Source: Dehalococcoidia bacterium
GTDB taxonomy: Bacteria; Chloroflexota; Dehalococcoidia; Lucifugimonadales; UBA3495
NCBI GenBank assembly: GCA_003523055.1
Contig: DPHC01000014.1
Coordinates: forward strand, 60,312-124,311
DNA length: 64,000 nt
Direction of reading: 5' to 3'
The position numbers were made by a program, and so were the translations under genes. The notes beneath the pieces were generated by a model, which saw nothing but the letters and a program-made list of their open reading frames with translations, was not told where the DNA came from and made no database searches. Of this stretch, positions 28,826 through 40,619 are shown one piece after another (within the stretch, counting starts at the first letter, position 1; every line of letters starts with the position of its first letter).

Positions 28826-29689
28826 ATGAAAATGGATCTAGTAGCTATAATTTTTAATTCGATAAACCCTGAAGCTGTAAAACTTGCTGAAAAAATCTAT
28901 AATAAAATATCCCCAATGCAAAACACGTGGATTATTGCCGCAGATGACATTAAATCATCAGAAGACAAAATTAAAAAAACCGATTTAATAATAACTGTTG
29001 GAGGTGATGGAACGATCCTAAGAGCCAATAGAGTTTCAGCAAAATTTCAAATCCCAATTTTAGGTATTAACATGGGAAGATTGGGATTCATGACTGAATT
29101 GACGGCTGAAGAGGCATTAGATCACATAGAAGAGTACCTAATCCAACCAATGGGATCTGAAAGCCGTAATATGTTGCAAAGCACAATTGTTTCCAAAACT
29201 TTTGAAGAGAATAAAGGACCTCATCATGCTTTAAATGACATAGTTTTAGCTAGAGGAACATCTTCACGAGTAGTAACGATTAGAGTTAAAGTTGATGGAG
29301 CTGATTTAACAGTATTTAGATCAGATGCTGTAATTGTATCCAGCGCCACTGGTAGCACGGGATATAATTTATCTGTGGGCGGCCCGATATTGGATCCGTT
29401 GTCAAACAATATAATTATTAAACCCGTTGCGGCTCACATAGGTCTTTCAACCGGCATTGTTTTGAATTATGATTCTAGTGTAGAAATGATTGTAGAAGGA
29501 GAACAATCAGCTATTATGAGTATAGACGGAAGTTATGATTATCCACTTATACCAGGAGATACGGTGATTATTACGCAAAGTAACTTAAAAGCTCAATTTG
29601 TTAGATCTAATCCTTCTAATCATTTTTACAAAACATTGACTCGTAGACTGGGGTTCGGGTTAGATAGATCTAGAGCGGTTAGGTATTAA
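28826..29689 (+). CDS. nadK: NAD kinase
   Basis: 287 aa with the motifs GGDGTILRA, NMGRLGFMTE, NDIVL and SSATGSTGYNLSVGGPIL. It starts 4 nt after nuoN. Confidence 0.85.
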   Translation: MKMDLVAIIFNSINPEAVKLAEKIYNKISPMQNTWIIAADDIKSSEDKIKKTDLIITVGGDGTILRANRVSAKFQIPILGINMGRLGFMTELTAEEALDHIEEYLIQPMGSESRNMLQSTIVSKTFEENKGPHHALNDIVLARGTSSRVVTIRVKVDGADLTVFRSDAVIVSSATGSTGYNLSVGGPILDPLSNNIIIKPVAAHIGLSTGIVLNYDSSVEMIVEGEQSAIMSIDGSYDYPLIPGDTVIITQSNLKAQFVRSNPSNHFYKTLTRRLGFGLDRSRAVRY

Positions 29690-29693
29690 TAAT

Positions 29694-30239
29694 ATGGATT
29701 CAAACAAAATAGAAAAACAAATTTCCACTACCCCAATTTATTCTGGTAAATTGCTCTCGATTAGAAAAGATATTATTGAACTTCCAAATGGTGCAAACAC
29801 AACCAGGGAATGTGTAAGTCACACACCAGTTGTATGTATGCTGCCAATCGACGAAAATGGATATGTACATATGGTAAAGCAATACAGGTATGCAGTTGAA
29901 ACTTTACTCTTAGAAATACCGGCTGGCGGTATTGAAATGGGAGAACAGCCAGAAAAAGCTGCAGTCAGAGAGCTTCAAGAAGAAATTGGTATGACTTGCA
30001 GTGACCTAATACCTTTAGGAGGATTTTGGTTAACTCCCGGTTGGTGTGATGAGTACATGTATTCATTTTTAGCTAAAGGTTTATCTGAAGCTAAATTGAA
30101 AGCAGATGATGATGAAAATATATCAGTTGTCAAAATACCTTTTAATGAGTTGGTTAGAGAAGTTAAATCAGGGTTGATTCAGGATGTCAAAACCATCGCT
30201 ACTGTATTATTGGCCGAAAATTATTTAATTGTTTCGTAA
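29694..30239 (+). CDS. NUDIX hydrolase, ADP-ribose pyrophosphatase-like
   Basis: 181 aa. It has the Nudix box GGIEMGEQPEKAAVRELQEEIGM and an NudF-like context (QYRYAVETLLLEIPAG). Confidence 0.72.
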   Translation: MDSNKIEKQISTTPIYSGKLLSIRKDIIELPNGANTTRECVSHTPVVCMLPIDENGYVHMVKQYRYAVETLLLEIPAGGIEMGEQPEKAAVRELQEEIGMTCSDLIPLGGFWLTPGWCDEYMYSFLAKGLSEAKLKADDDENISVVKIPFNELVREVKSGLIQDVKTIATVLLAENYLIVS

Positions 30240-30315
30240 ATATATCTTGGACTCATGAGTAGGATATGAGATACTTATGTATTGTATACGTTTTAGGAAG
30301 AAGGGGGAACATTCA

Positions 30316-31995
30316 ATGCTAGAACACGATGTCTTAGTTGTAGGTGCCGGCTTGGCAGGTATGCGAGCGGCTATTGCAGCAAGTGCAGCAGGCGCTAATG
30401 CTGCTATTATTAGTAAAGTTCATCCAGTGAGGAGTCACTCTAATGCTGCACAAGGGGGCATAAATGCAGCTTTGTCAGACCGTGGTGACGCTTGGGAAGA
30501 TCACGCCTATGACACTGTTAAGGGTAGTGATTTTTTATGCGATCAAGACGCTGTAGAAGTGATGTGTAAAGCAGCAGGCCAATCACTTATAGACATGGAA
30601 CACTTTGGTGTGACATTTTCTAGAGATGACGAAGGTAAACTAGGAACTAGAGCATTTGGAGGACAAAGAAGGCAACGAACGTTCTTTGTGGGTGATTTTA
30701 CAGGACAGGCCCTGCTTCATGTTATGTTTGAACAACTTATTAAATCAGGAGTTAGAAAATATGAAGAATGGTTTGTTACTTCACTAATCATTGAAGAAGG
30801 CCAAGTAGCAGGAGTTATGGCTCTAGAAATAAGAACTGGGGAAATATTTGCTATAAGAGCCAAGACTGTAATATTTGCTACCGGCGGTTGCGGCCGAGTT
30901 TTTGAACCAAGCACCAATGCATTGATAGTTACTGGAGATGGAATGTCATTGGCATACAAAGCCGGAGCTCACTTGATGGATATGGAAATGGTTCAATACC
31001 ACCCTACTACTCTCGCAGGAAGTGGAGTATTACTGTCTGAAGCAGCTAGAGGAGAAGGAGCCTATTTAATAAATAAAGACGGAGATAGGTTTATGCAAAC
31101 CTACGCTCCCAATATGTTGGAATTGGCATCTAGAGACGTTGTCTCTAGATCTGAGCAAACAGAAATTAATGAAGGTAGAGGAGTTAATGGATGCGTGTAT
31201 CTTGATGTAAGGCATCTAGGTGAAAAACTAATAATGGAAAAACTTTGGCAAATTAGAGAATTAGGTATGGATTTAGCCGGAGCTGATATGATAAAAGAAC
31301 CAGTTCCAATTCGTCCTGGCATGCATTATATAATGGGTGGTATTAAGACGGACATAGATGGTTTAACCAATATTGATAGAGTTTATGCAGCTGGTGAATG
31401 TGCTAACGTTAGTGTACATGGCGGAAATAGATTGGGAGCCAATTCGCTGCTAGATACTATAGTGTTTGGAGAACGTTCTGGTAACCATGCAGCAGCAGCA
31501 TCCAAATCTTCTAATTTCATTAAATTTGACGAAGAGGCACGCGTAAGAGAAGAAAAAGAAAAAATACAAGGTATATTGGATCGTCCTCAAAATGGTGACA
31601 GGATTGCTAAGTTGAGATTAGCTATGGGCACTTCGATGAATGATAACCTTGCAGTGTATAGAGATGCAAAAGGTATGCAGCAAAGTGTTGAAGACATTAA
31701 AAATTTCAAAGAAAGATATAAAAATCTTCCTGTAGATAGTAAAGGAAAGATCTTTAATACTGACCTTATATTCCATTTAGAACTTGGGTTCATGCTTGAC
31801 TGTGCAGAAGCCATCGCCTCAAGCGGATTAGAACGTAAAGAAAGTAGAGGAGCTCAAAGTAGACTGGATTATCCTGAGCGTGATGACGAAAATTGGTTAA
31901 AACATATATTAGTAAAAAATACTGAAAACGGGCCAGAGTTATCCACTTCAGAAGTGTCTATAACTCAATGGACTCCAGTAGAGAGGACGTATTAA
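30316..31995 (+). CDS. sdhA: Succinate dehydrogenase / fumarate reductase flavoprotein subunit
   Basis: It begins [19 protein letters not shown] and has the [11 protein letters not shown] site (covalent-FAD His), HPTT and [19 protein letters not shown] moved the start to ATG 30316, which follows an AGGAAGAAGGGGG SD-like tract; the ORF-track start is 30277. Confidence 0.9.
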   Translation: MLEHDVLVVGAGLAGMRAAIAASAAGANAAIISKVHPVRSHSNAAQGGINAALSDRGDAWEDHAYDTVKGSDFLCDQDAVEVMCKAAGQSLIDMEHFGVTFSRDDEGKLGTRAFGGQRRQRTFFVGDFTGQALLHVMFEQLIKSGVRKYEEWFVTSLIIEEGQVAGVMALEIRTGEIFAIRAKTVIFATGGCGRVFEPSTNALIVTGDGMSLAYKAGAHLMDMEMVQYHPTTLAGSGVLLSEAARGEGAYLINKDGDRFMQTYAPNMLELASRDVVSRSEQTEINEGRGVNGCVYLDVRHLGEKLIMEKLWQIRELGMDLAGADMIKEPVPIRPGMHYIMGGIKTDIDGLTNIDRVYAAGECANVSVHGGNRLGANSLLDTIVFGERSGNHAAAASKSSNFIKFDEEARVREEKEKIQGILDRPQNGDRIAKLRLAMGTSMNDNLAVYRDAKGMQQSVEDIKNFKERYKNLPVDSKGKIFNTDLIFHLELGFMLDCAEAIASSGLERKESRGAQSRLDYPERDDENWLKHILVKNTENGPELSTSEVSITQWTPVERTY

Positions 31996-31997
31996 TT

Positions 31998-32966
31998 ATG
32001 AACGTGACATTAAAAATAAAACGATTTGACCCTGATGGTAGTTCCACACAATCTTATTGGGAAGAATTCGCAGTTGACGTATTAGACAATGCAACAGTTT
32101 TGGATGCACTAATACAGGTTAGAGAAGAGAACGATGGAACGTTGAGTTTAAGATGCTCTTGCAGGAGCGCTATATGTGGTTCCTGCGCAATGCGCATTAA
32201 TGGCCAAGGTTCATTGGCATGTAAAACTCCGGCATCTGATGCAATGATTGATGGAGTGATTACTGTTGAGCCAGCCGGAAACATGCCTGTTGTGAAAGAT
32301 CTAGTAACTAATTTCGACGTTTTTTGGGACAAAATATATCAAGTAACACCTTATCTGCTTCCTGAAGGACCAGAACCAGAAGCAGAGTATATTGCCTCTA
32401 ATGAATCGATGCTCCACCTTTCAGGAGTTACAGCATGTATCATGTGTGGTTCATGCGTATCAGACTGTACAGTGTTGGAAGTTGACCCGTCTTTTTTGGG
32501 ACCTGCCGCACTTGCTAAAGCTTATAGATTTACAGCTGATCCGAGAGATGGCAATGAAAATGGAGTTTCAACTCAGAGGCTTAAAGATTTAGGCGAAAAA
32601 TCCGGAATGTGGGATTGCACCAGATGTATGGCTTGCATAACCGCTTGCCCTAAAGGAGTTGATCCAATGGATAGAATTATGGCACTGCGAGAACAGGCCA
32701 TGGATGCTGGATTCACGAATAATAATGGCGCAAGACATGCGCAAGCATTCGTGGATTTGATAGGGCACGGAGGATCACTAGATGAGCTTAAACTACCAGT
32801 TAAAACAGTAGGTATGTTTAATATCCCTGCTTTATTGTCTTATGTCCCAGTAGGCATTAGAAGTTTACGGCGAGGGAAACTTCCTAGTATATTCCACAAG
32901 AAAATCTATGAAGTTGAAAAAGTCACTCATTTGGTTAAAAAATTAGAAAAAGCAAATAAAGAATAA
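31998..32966 (+). CDS. sdhB: Succinate dehydrogenase / fumarate reductase iron-sulfur subunit with extended C-terminus
   Basis: It has a [2Fe-2S] motif (CSCRSAICGSCAM) and two further Cys clusters (CIMCGSCVSDC, CTRCMACITACP). About 90 extra C-terminal residues are present. I set the start at ATG 31998 (MNVTLKIKRFDP). Confidence 0.85.
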   Translation: MNVTLKIKRFDPDGSSTQSYWEEFAVDVLDNATVLDALIQVREENDGTLSLRCSCRSAICGSCAMRINGQGSLACKTPASDAMIDGVITVEPAGNMPVVKDLVTNFDVFWDKIYQVTPYLLPEGPEPEAEYIASNESMLHLSGVTACIMCGSCVSDCTVLEVDPSFLGPAALAKAYRFTADPRDGNENGVSTQRLKDLGEKSGMWDCTRCMACITACPKGVDPMDRIMALREQAMDAGFTNNNGARHAQAFVDLIGHGGSLDELKLPVKTVGMFNIPALLSYVPVGIRSLRRGKLPSIFHKKIYEVEKVTHLVKKLEKANKE

Positions 32967-33000
32967 AAAATAATATAGTATTTTAAGAGAGGCGTTAACA

Positions 33001-33882
33001 ATGAAATTTGCATTTTATCCTGGGTGTGTATCACGAGGTGGATGCCCAGAATTATACGTAGCAGCTAATTTAGTATGTGATAAATTAGGTATAGAATTAG
33101 AAGAAATGCCCGGAGCGTCATGCACTGGCGCAGGTGTTCTACAAGAAAAAAACAGATTATTGGGAGATGTTCTCAACGCTCGAACATTTGCTATGGCAGA
33201 AAAAATCGGTTCTCCAATAATGACAATATGTAGTACCTGTCAAGGAGTGATGGCTCAAGCAAGATACAGGATGAGTCAGGACTCAGATTATCTTGCTGAA
33301 GTGAATTCACACCTGGCGGATGAAGGACTTCATTATTCCGGAGATATTGAAATCAAACATTTGCTATGGGTATTGATAGAAGATTATGGATTAGACAAAC
33401 TATTACCTTTAATAACTAAACCTCTTAAAGGTATTCGACTCTCTCCTTTTTACGGATGTTATATTGTAAGACCTTCTGTAGAACTGCAAACTGATGATAA
33501 TCCAGAAAGAAAAGTAGCGTTAGAGACGCTGATAGAAGCATTAGGTGCAGTTTTAGTGGATTTCGAAGGTAAGACTAAATGTTGTGGATTCCCAATTCTT
33601 ACAATAAATCCTAAAAACTCTATGTCTATGGTTGCGAAGCACACAAGTGATGTAAAAGACCTCGGAGCAGACGCTATGGTAACTCCCTGTCCTTTATGTC
33701 ATTTGAACTTAGATGGTTTCCAGCCTAAGGCAGCAGCTCAGGCCGGGAGATCTATTGATATGCCTATCATACACCTTCCTCAAATGCTAGGAATGGCCAT
33801 GGGTATCTCACCTAAAGAATTGGGTATGAAACGACATATAGTCAGTACTAGTAAATTAGAAGTAAAGCTGCAGAAAGCTTAG
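33001..33882 (+). CDS. CCG-domain (HdrB-like) subunit of type E succinate:quinone oxidoreductase / thiol-type fumarate reductase
   Basis: 293 aa with no TM helices. It has two Cys-rich CCG-type repeats (YPGCVSRGGCPE...CSTCQG and FYGCYIVRP...KCCGFP...PCPLCHLNLD). It directly follows sdhAB. Confidence 0.75.
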   Translation: MKFAFYPGCVSRGGCPELYVAANLVCDKLGIELEEMPGASCTGAGVLQEKNRLLGDVLNARTFAMAEKIGSPIMTICSTCQGVMAQARYRMSQDSDYLAEVNSHLADEGLHYSGDIEIKHLLWVLIEDYGLDKLLPLITKPLKGIRLSPFYGCYIVRPSVELQTDDNPERKVALETLIEALGAVLVDFEGKTKCCGFPILTINPKNSMSMVAKHTSDVKDLGADAMVTPCPLCHLNLDGFQPKAAAQAGRSIDMPIIHLPQMLGMAMGISPKELGMKRHIVSTSKLEVKLQKA

Positions 33883-35189
33883 TAAGTCTTAGATAACTCT
33901 GACAAAGTAGATTCAATGGCTTGTTTGGTAACGTCAATGTCTTCCTGCGTGTGGGCCGCTGAGGGGTAAAATTTTTGTGGCCACGCCTTTAGAATCCCTC
34001 TATCTAATAACCCTGAGTTGAATTTAGCTTGGAATATATTGTCATTAGACAAACCATCTCGGTAATTAGTAACTGTTTGATCAGTGAAAAAGAGACCAAA
34101 TATTTGATTTTCTCCGCAAATTTGAACCGGTATATTATAGGTTTCGCAAGTTGATGCTATAAAAGCTCTAATTTGAGCTCCAGTGTCACTTATCTTATCG
34201 TATATATTAGATTGTTTTAACTCTTTCAACGTTGCGATACCGGCGCTGCAAGCTATGGGATTACCGTTTAAAGTACCTGTTTGGGTTACGAATCCATCAG
34301 ATTCACTGGATATTTCAAATGATGCCATAATTTCACTGTTACCAGTTACTGCGGCTAATGGATATCCTCCGCCCATTATTTTTCCAACACAAGCGAGATC
34401 AGGAGTTACTCCGTAGTATTGTTGAGCCCCACCGTATGCTAATCTGAAGCCTGTTACAACTTCATCAAAAATTAAGGGGATGCCGTGTTTTTTAGTTAAA
34501 TCTCTTAAACCTTGTAAGAATCCTGGTTGTGGCGCAATCACTCTTTGCAATGGCTCTACTATTACGGCAGCTAAATCATCCTTATGAGCTTCTATAATTT
34601 GAGCCGTCGTTTGGAGATCGTTGAAGGGAGCGGCTAGTACTAAATCTGATATAGCCCTTGGTATTCCTGCACTGTTTGCTTGGCTTTCAGGGTATTCTAA
34701 TGAAGCGGTTGGGGTTACGCTCATAAGAGCATAATCGCTACTTCCGTGAAATCCACCTTCAAATTTTAATATTTTCTCTTTCTTAGTAAAGGCTCTACAA
34801 ATCCTCATCGCTTGAAATGTTGCATCTGTGCCGCTTACTGTAAAACGTACTTTTTCAGCGCAAGGGATAGCGTCACAGAGCATTTCTGCTAATTCAACTG
34901 CTTTTTCATGCGTTGCAAAGAATGTACTTCCAGATTCCACTGCTTTGATTACTGCTTCAGTCACAGCGGGGGAAGCATGGCCTAAAATCATAGGACCTGA
35001 TCCCATCAACCAATCTATATACTGGTTTCCACTGACATCCCATACTTTAGATCCTTGCCCTTTTTGCACTAGGAATGTTTGATGGTCTCCAACTTTAATA
35101 TTTCCATTTGTACCATCAGGCATGTATAGCTTGGCTTTATTGATTAGGTTTTCTTCTTGGTTAGTTGTGACCTTAGGTGATCTTTCCAT
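33879..35189 (-). CDS. Class III (PLP) aminotransferase, glutamate-1-semialdehyde aminomutase-like
   Basis: 436 aa with the motifs GSGPMILGHASP, DEVVTGFRLAYGGAQ and CVGKIMGGGYPLAAV. It lacks the HemL N-terminal GGVNSPVRAF signature, so it is probably not the bona fide hemL. Confidence 0.75.
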   Translation of the reverse strand: MERSPKVTTNQEENLINKAKLYMPDGTNGNIKVGDHQTFLVQKGQGSKVWDVSGNQYIDWLMGSGPMILGHASPAVTEAVIKAVESGSTFFATHEKAVELAEMLCDAIPCAEKVRFTVSGTDATFQAMRICRAFTKKEKILKFEGGFHGSSDYALMSVTPTASLEYPESQANSAGIPRAISDLVLAAPFNDLQTTAQIIEAHKDDLAAVIVEPLQRVIAPQPGFLQGLRDLTKKHGIPLIFDEVVTGFRLAYGGAQQYYGVTPDLACVGKIMGGGYPLAAVTGNSEIMASFEISSESDGFVTQTGTLNGNPIACSAGIATLKELKQSNIYDKISDTGAQIRAFIASTCETYNIPVQICGENQIFGLFFTDQTVTNYRDGLSNDNIFQAKFNSGLLDRGILKAWPQKFYPSAAHTQEDIDVTKQAIESTLSELSKTY

Positions 35190-35193
35190 AACG

Positions 35194-36126
35194 TTAACTA
35201 TTTTTCTCCATGACGTCTACTAATTCTTGAACACTGGCAATAGAATTGTCGAAAGCAATTTTTTCTTCCGCTGTTAAACTTATCTCTATAACTTTCTCAA
35301 TTCCATTAGCACCAATTTTTACAGGTACTCCAACGCATAGGCCATTAACACCATATTCACCTTCTAGGGACACGCATGCAGGAAGAATCCGTTTTTTGTC
35401 CAGTAGTATAGATTCAACCATTTGTGTTATGGATGCTGAAGGAGCGTAGAATGCACTGCCGGTCTTTAATAAACCAACTATCTCAGCTCCACCATCTCTG
35501 GTTCTTTGTACTAAAGACTGTATTGTATTCGCATCAAGCATCTCTGTTATTGGGATTCCTCCTATGGTTGTATAACGTACTAGCGGCACCATATCGTCTC
35601 CATGTCCGCCGAGTACATATGCTTGGACATCTTCTACAGATACGTCTAATTCCTGTGCTATGAAGGTTCTGAATCTTGCAGTGTCTAATACTCCTGCCAT
35701 TCCTAGCACTCGGTTTCTAGAGAATCCGCTGACTTTCAATATGTTGTGCACCATAGCGTCCAAAGGGTTAGTAACAGGCATAATTATGCAGTTAGGGGAG
35801 TATTTAACTATCTCTTGTGTTACTGCTGCAGTGATTTTCATGTTAGTTAGCAGTAAGTCATCTCTACTCATTCCAGGTTTCCTTGCTATGCCAGCAGTAA
35901 TTACTACTACGTCTGAGTCTTGTGTGGCTTCGTAACTGTTGCTACCTATTATGGATGAATCGGATCCAATAACAGGGCCTGATTCTGCCATGTCTAGTGC
36001 TTTGCCTTGAGGTAAATCTTCTACCACATCTACTAAGACTACATCAGCGTATCCTAGTTGGTGGAGTCGCTGTGCAGTAGTAGCACCTACATTTCCTGAT
36101 CCTACTACGGTTACTTTTTGTCTCAT
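35194..36126 (-). CDS. mdh: Malate dehydrogenase (LDH-like family)
   Basis: 310 aa with the motifs [31 protein letters not shown] and [11 protein letters not shown]. Confidence 0.9.
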   Translation of the reverse strand: MRQKVTVVGSGNVGATTAQRLHQLGYADVVLVDVVEDLPQGKALDMAESGPVIGSDSSIIGSNSYEATQDSDVVVITAGIARKPGMSRDDLLLTNMKITAAVTQEIVKYSPNCIIMPVTNPLDAMVHNILKVSGFSRNRVLGMAGVLDTARFRTFIAQELDVSVEDVQAYVLGGHGDDMVPLVRYTTIGGIPITEMLDANTIQSLVQRTRDGGAEIVGLLKTGSAFYAPSASITQMVESILLDKKRILPACVSLEGEYGVNGLCVGVPVKIGANGIEKVIEISLTAEEKIAFDNSIASVQELVDVMEKNS

Positions 36127-36168
36127 TGATAGTTCTCTCCTTGTATTATTGTAAGTTTTAAGTATGAG

Positions 36169-38397
36169 TTATATTTGATCAAGAATAGAGTTAAGAGTGT
36201 CGCTTGGTCTCATAGCTTTAGAAATAAGTTCTTCATCTGGTAGGTAATATCCTCCGATGTCTATTGGTTTTCCTTGAACTTCTATTAATTCTTGAACAAT
36301 GTTCTCTTGATTCGTAGTGATTTCACGAGCAATCTCAGTAAAAATATTTTGAAGTTCAGGATCATCGGTTTGTCGAGAAATTGCTTGTGCCCAATACATA
36401 GCTAAATAAAAATGACTTCCGCGGGTGTCTAATTCACTCACACGACGAGATGGCGCGCGACTGTTTTCTAAGTGATCTCCAATAGCCGTATCTAAGGTTT
36501 CAGCTAGAATTTTAGCACGGTTATTGTTGTGGACAGCTGCATAATGTTCGAAAGATGCCACTAGTGCACAAAATTCACCTAATGAATCCCATCTTAAATG
36601 CCCTTCTTCTACGAATTGTTGGACATGCCTAGGCGCCGACCCACCTGCTCCGGTTTCAAACATTCCTCCACCTTCGAGTAATGGAACAACTGAAAGCATT
36701 TTGGCACTTGTGCCTAATTCTAAAATTGGGAATAAGTCAGTTAGGTAATCTCTGAGTACATTACCTGTAACGGATATGGTGTCTTTATTCTCTCTGCATC
36801 TTACCAAGGTATAATTCATAGCGTCAACAGGAGACATGATTTGGATGTCTAACCCAGTAGTGTCATGATTTGGTAGGTATTTTTTTACTTTTTTGATTTG
36901 TTCAGCATCGTGTGGGCGATCAGGATCTAGCCAAAATATAGCGGGAGTTCCAGTAATTCTAGCTCTATTAACAGCCAGCTTCACCCAATCCTCCATTGCC
37001 GCATCTTTGGTTTGGCACATCCTGAAAATATCATCTTTTTCAACTGCCTGTTCCATCAGGGTTGTGCCTGATTCATCTTTAACACGAATAATTCCCTTGC
37101 TAGGAGCTTCGAAAGTTTTGTTATGAGATCCGTATTCTTCTGCCTGTGCAGCCATAAGACCTACGTTAGAAACACTACCAATTGTTGCTGGGTTAAAAGC
37201 TCCATTTTTCTGGCAATCTTCAATGGTTGCTTGATAAATAGTTGCGTAAGATCGGTCAGGTATCATCGCAATTGTGTCATGTAATTCATTGTCAGGCCCC
37301 CACATACGGCCTCCGTCACGTACAATTACTGGCATCGTTGCATCGATGATCATATCACTTGGTACATGTAAGTTTGTTATGCCTCTACTAGAGTTAACCA
37401 TTCCAAGTTCGGGTCTTACGGTATATACGTTCTGAATGTCCGATTCAATTTCTTTACGCTGGGTTTCAGGTAAAGATTGTATTTTGGTATACAGCTCGGC
37501 AACGCCGTTGTCAGGATTTATACCTAACTCACGAAATACCGTAGAGTGTTTTTCTAATACGTCTTTATAATATATTGAAACACAGTGGCCAAAAATAATT
37601 GGGTCAGAGACCCGCATCATAGTAGATTTTATGTGTAATGAAAGTAAAATACCGTCATTTTTTGCATTTTCCATTTCTTGAGCATAGAATTTTCTTAGTC
37701 CGGTTACGCTCATGGCCGAGCAATCTATTATTTCATTAGCAACCAAAGATATATCGTCTTTTAGTATGGTTGTATCACCATTTACCGATTCAAATTCAAT
37801 TACTCCGGAGCCTGATGTTGAAATTGTTACAGATTTTTCGGTTCCGAAGAAGTCGCCATCAGACATATGCGCCACGCGAGTTTTAGAAACTTTTGGCCAA
37901 TCTTGCATCATTGAGTGTGGATTCCTTTTACCATGAGCTTTGACAGCAGTTGGAGCTCTGCGGTCTGAATTCCCTTCTCGTAGTACGGGATTCACTGCGC
38001 TTCCTAACACTTTAGAATAAACAGCTACTATGGCTCGTTCTTCTTCAGTTTTAGGTTCGTCAGGATAGTTTGGTATGTCATACCCTTTGTCCTGCAGCTC
38101 TGCGATAGCTGATTTCAATTGAGGTATAGATGCACTTATGTTGGGGAGTTTTATGATGTTAGCTATTGGCTCGAAGCAAAGTTCTCCGGCCATTGTTAAA
38201 TAGTCGGGGATTCTTTGTTCAGTGGTAAGTTTATCAGGAAAATTAGCAATTATTCGTCCTGTTAATGATATATCCCATTCCTTTAATTCGATACCAGCAT
38301 GTTTGGTAAATGCTCTAACAATCGGTAACAATGAATATGTTCCTAAAGCGGGTGCTTCGTCAGTTTTAGTGTAAATAATATAGGATTCGTCTGCCAT
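36169..38397 (-). CDS. icd: Monomeric NADP-dependent isocitrate dehydrogenase
   Basis: 742 aa, the length and sequence pattern of monomeric IDH ([47 protein letters not shown]). Confidence 0.9.
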   Translation of the reverse strand: MADESYIIYTKTDEAPALGTYSLLPIVRAFTKHAGIELKEWDISLTGRIIANFPDKLTTEQRIPDYLTMAGELCFEPIANIIKLPNISASIPQLKSAIAELQDKGYDIPNYPDEPKTEEERAIVAVYSKVLGSAVNPVLREGNSDRRAPTAVKAHGKRNPHSMMQDWPKVSKTRVAHMSDGDFFGTEKSVTISTSGSGVIEFESVNGDTTILKDDISLVANEIIDCSAMSVTGLRKFYAQEMENAKNDGILLSLHIKSTMMRVSDPIIFGHCVSIYYKDVLEKHSTVFRELGINPDNGVAELYTKIQSLPETQRKEIESDIQNVYTVRPELGMVNSSRGITNLHVPSDMIIDATMPVIVRDGGRMWGPDNELHDTIAMIPDRSYATIYQATIEDCQKNGAFNPATIGSVSNVGLMAAQAEEYGSHNKTFEAPSKGIIRVKDESGTTLMEQAVEKDDIFRMCQTKDAAMEDWVKLAVNRARITGTPAIFWLDPDRPHDAEQIKKVKKYLPNHDTTGLDIQIMSPVDAMNYTLVRCRENKDTISVTGNVLRDYLTDLFPILELGTSAKMLSVVPLLEGGGMFETGAGGSAPRHVQQFVEEGHLRWDSLGEFCALVASFEHYAAVHNNNRAKILAETLDTAIGDHLENSRAPSRRVSELDTRGSHFYLAMYWAQAISRQTDDPELQNIFTEIAREITTNQENIVQELIEVQGKPIDIGGYYLPDEELISKAMRPSDTLNSILDQI

Positions 38398-38513
38398 TAA
38401 TATTCTCCTAGATTAGTACTTATGCGTAACATTAATCGCGATATATTCATATCCGATTAGGTATACTAATCTGCCATTGTCGATATTATACAGCCGCTAG
38501 TAACAGTTGACCA

Positions 38514-40544
38514 CTATAGATTTAATATTTGTTTTTGTAATAGGCTAGGATTATTAGTTGGAGACTGGCAAACATGGTTTTCGCACAGGAAAACTGTAGG
38601 TTTATTATCAATTAACGTTTTTCCCTGCAGCAACTGATAATCTTTTATATTATCTACATCAGATAATATAACTTTGTTGGGCAAGAAATTAGAGTGTAAG
38701 AGTTCAAAGAGGACATCAAAATCTGAGCTCTTATCCCCGTGTAAAATCACGAACTCTTCTCCATGAGTAAGATACATGTCAAGGCAACACAACCAGGTTC
38801 CAGCTGCTGATGGAGCACGGTTCATAATTGGAACTATGCCTTTTAATGATTTTTCACTTATTGACTCATATGACGGATTACCTGTTAATTTGTACAATTT
38901 CAATAAAATTTTAGTAGCAGAAGATGCTCCGCAAGGTTGAGCATTGTCAAATATTGTTTTAGGTCTTGTTAAAATGATTTCTTCTTGAGAGCTTGTATCG
39001 TAAAAGCAACCATCTGATTCTTCCCAAAACAATGTACACATTAAATTAGCTATTTCAATGGATCTCTGTAAATACTCCTGGTCCAAAGTATTTTCATATA
39101 GTGTTAGTAATCCATCGGAAAACAGAGCGTAATCTTCTAATGCACCATGAATTTTAGATACACCATCTCGCCAAATTCTGTTTACGTGACCGTTATCAAG
39201 TACCAGATTGTTTATTAAAAACTTTGCGTTTTTTTTGGCTATTTCAAGATAATCAGGTCGATTTAGTACTGTTGCGGCCTCTGATAAAGCCTTTAACATC
39301 ATACAATTCCAAGATAATATAATTTTATCATCTTTAAATGGAGGTATCCTGTTATAACGATGTTTCAACAGAATTGAGTTCAGCTGTGAAATTTTGGCCA
39401 CTGATATGGGATCTTTCTCATTAGGGTCAATTTTTTTATCTCTGATATTAAGTATATTTTTGCTTTCAAAATTCCCTTCAGGGCTAATTTTGTAATAATC
39501 TGCTGCGATTGTTGCTAGGTCTTCAGGCAGAATACCTGTTAATTCATCAAAATCCCATACAAAATATTTCCCTTCTATTCCTTCACTATCTGCATCTTGA
39601 GAGGAGTAAAATCCTCCTCCGGAATCCAGCATGTCTCTTATTGTGTAATCAATCACCTCTGTAACTACAGATTTGTATTTTTCGTTCTTAGTTATTAAAT
39701 AGGCATTCAGGTATAGCTGAGTTAATAAAGCATTGTCATACAACATTTTCTCGAAATGTGGGACGAGCCAAAATGAGTCGGTGGAGTACCGATGAAATCC
39801 TCCTCCAATTTGGTCATATATACCACCTTCCATCATGTTATCTAGGGTTTTAATTACCATTTCTAATGCCGACGAGTCCTTATAAGTTTTAAAATATTGT
39901 AATAGGAATTCTAAAGTCATTGGTTGAGGAAATTTTGGAGAAGAACCGAACCCGCCATTTTGGTAATCAAAATGTTTTTTTAGGGCGGTTGCTGCAGTTT
40001 TTAATATTTCTTCTGACAACAATCCATCTTGAGTGGACATTGCCATGTTCTGTTTTATCTGTTCTGTTATTTGTGAAGTAACTTTTATAATTTCTTCTTG
40101 TTTTGTATTGTACGCTTGGGAGATTGACCGGAGCAGAGTTGGGAACCCTGGCATACCATGTCGATCTTCTGGGGGGAAATATGTTCCAGAAAAAAAAGGT
40201 TGTTGCTCTGGTGTTAAAAATACTGTCATTGGCCACCCACCACTGCCTGTCATCATTTGTACTGCTTCCATAAATATTGCATCTATGTCGGGTCTTTCTT
40301 CTCGGTCAACTTTTATATTGATGAATAAATCATTCATAATAGAAGCAATCTGAGGATTTTCAAAAGATTCAGCCTCCATTACATGGCACCAATGGCAAGC
40401 AGAATACCCAATACTTAATAAAATCGGCTTCTTATCATTTTTGGATTTTTCTAAAGCTTCTGCCGACCAAGGATACCAATCAACAGGATTGTTAGCATGC
40501 TGTAATAAATAAGGACTTGTTTCGTTTATTAACCTATTTGGCAT
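38514..40544 (-). CDS. Thioredoxin-domain protein, YyaL/DUF255 family with a six-hairpin glycosidase-like C-terminal domain
   Basis: It has [17 protein letters not shown], then [13 protein letters not shown] (CxxC). The long alpha-helical C-terminal region is typical of YyaL/SSP411. I set the start at the internal ATG 40544 (MPNRLINE); the ORF-track start is 40586. Confidence 0.85.
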   Translation of the reverse strand: MPNRLINETSPYLLQHANNPVDWYPWSAEALEKSKNDKKPILLSIGYSACHWCHVMEAESFENPQIASIMNDLFINIKVDREERPDIDAIFMEAVQMMTGSGGWPMTVFLTPEQQPFFSGTYFPPEDRHGMPGFPTLLRSISQAYNTKQEEIIKVTSQITEQIKQNMAMSTQDGLLSEEILKTAATALKKHFDYQNGGFGSSPKFPQPMTLEFLLQYFKTYKDSSALEMVIKTLDNMMEGGIYDQIGGGFHRYSTDSFWLVPHFEKMLYDNALLTQLYLNAYLITKNEKYKSVVTEVIDYTIRDMLDSGGGFYSSQDADSEGIEGKYFVWDFDELTGILPEDLATIAADYYKISPEGNFESKNILNIRDKKIDPNEKDPISVAKISQLNSILLKHRYNRIPPFKDDKIILSWNCMMLKALSEAATVLNRPDYLEIAKKNAKFLINNLVLDNGHVNRIWRDGVSKIHGALEDYALFSDGLLTLYENTLDQEYLQRSIEIANLMCTLFWEESDGCFYDTSSQEEIILTRPKTIFDNAQPCGASSATKILLKLYKLTGNPSYESISEKSLKGIVPIMNRAPSAAGTWLCCLDMYLTHGEEFVILHGDKSSDFDVLFELLHSNFLPNKVILSDVDNIKDYQLLQGKTLIDNKPTVFLCENHVCQSPTNNPSLLQKQILNL

Positions 40545-40619
40545 TTCGTTGTATACCCTCTCTAATGTATAATTTAAATATAACACTTTGTATATCTAAT
40601 AGGCAGGAGTAGAACAAAC

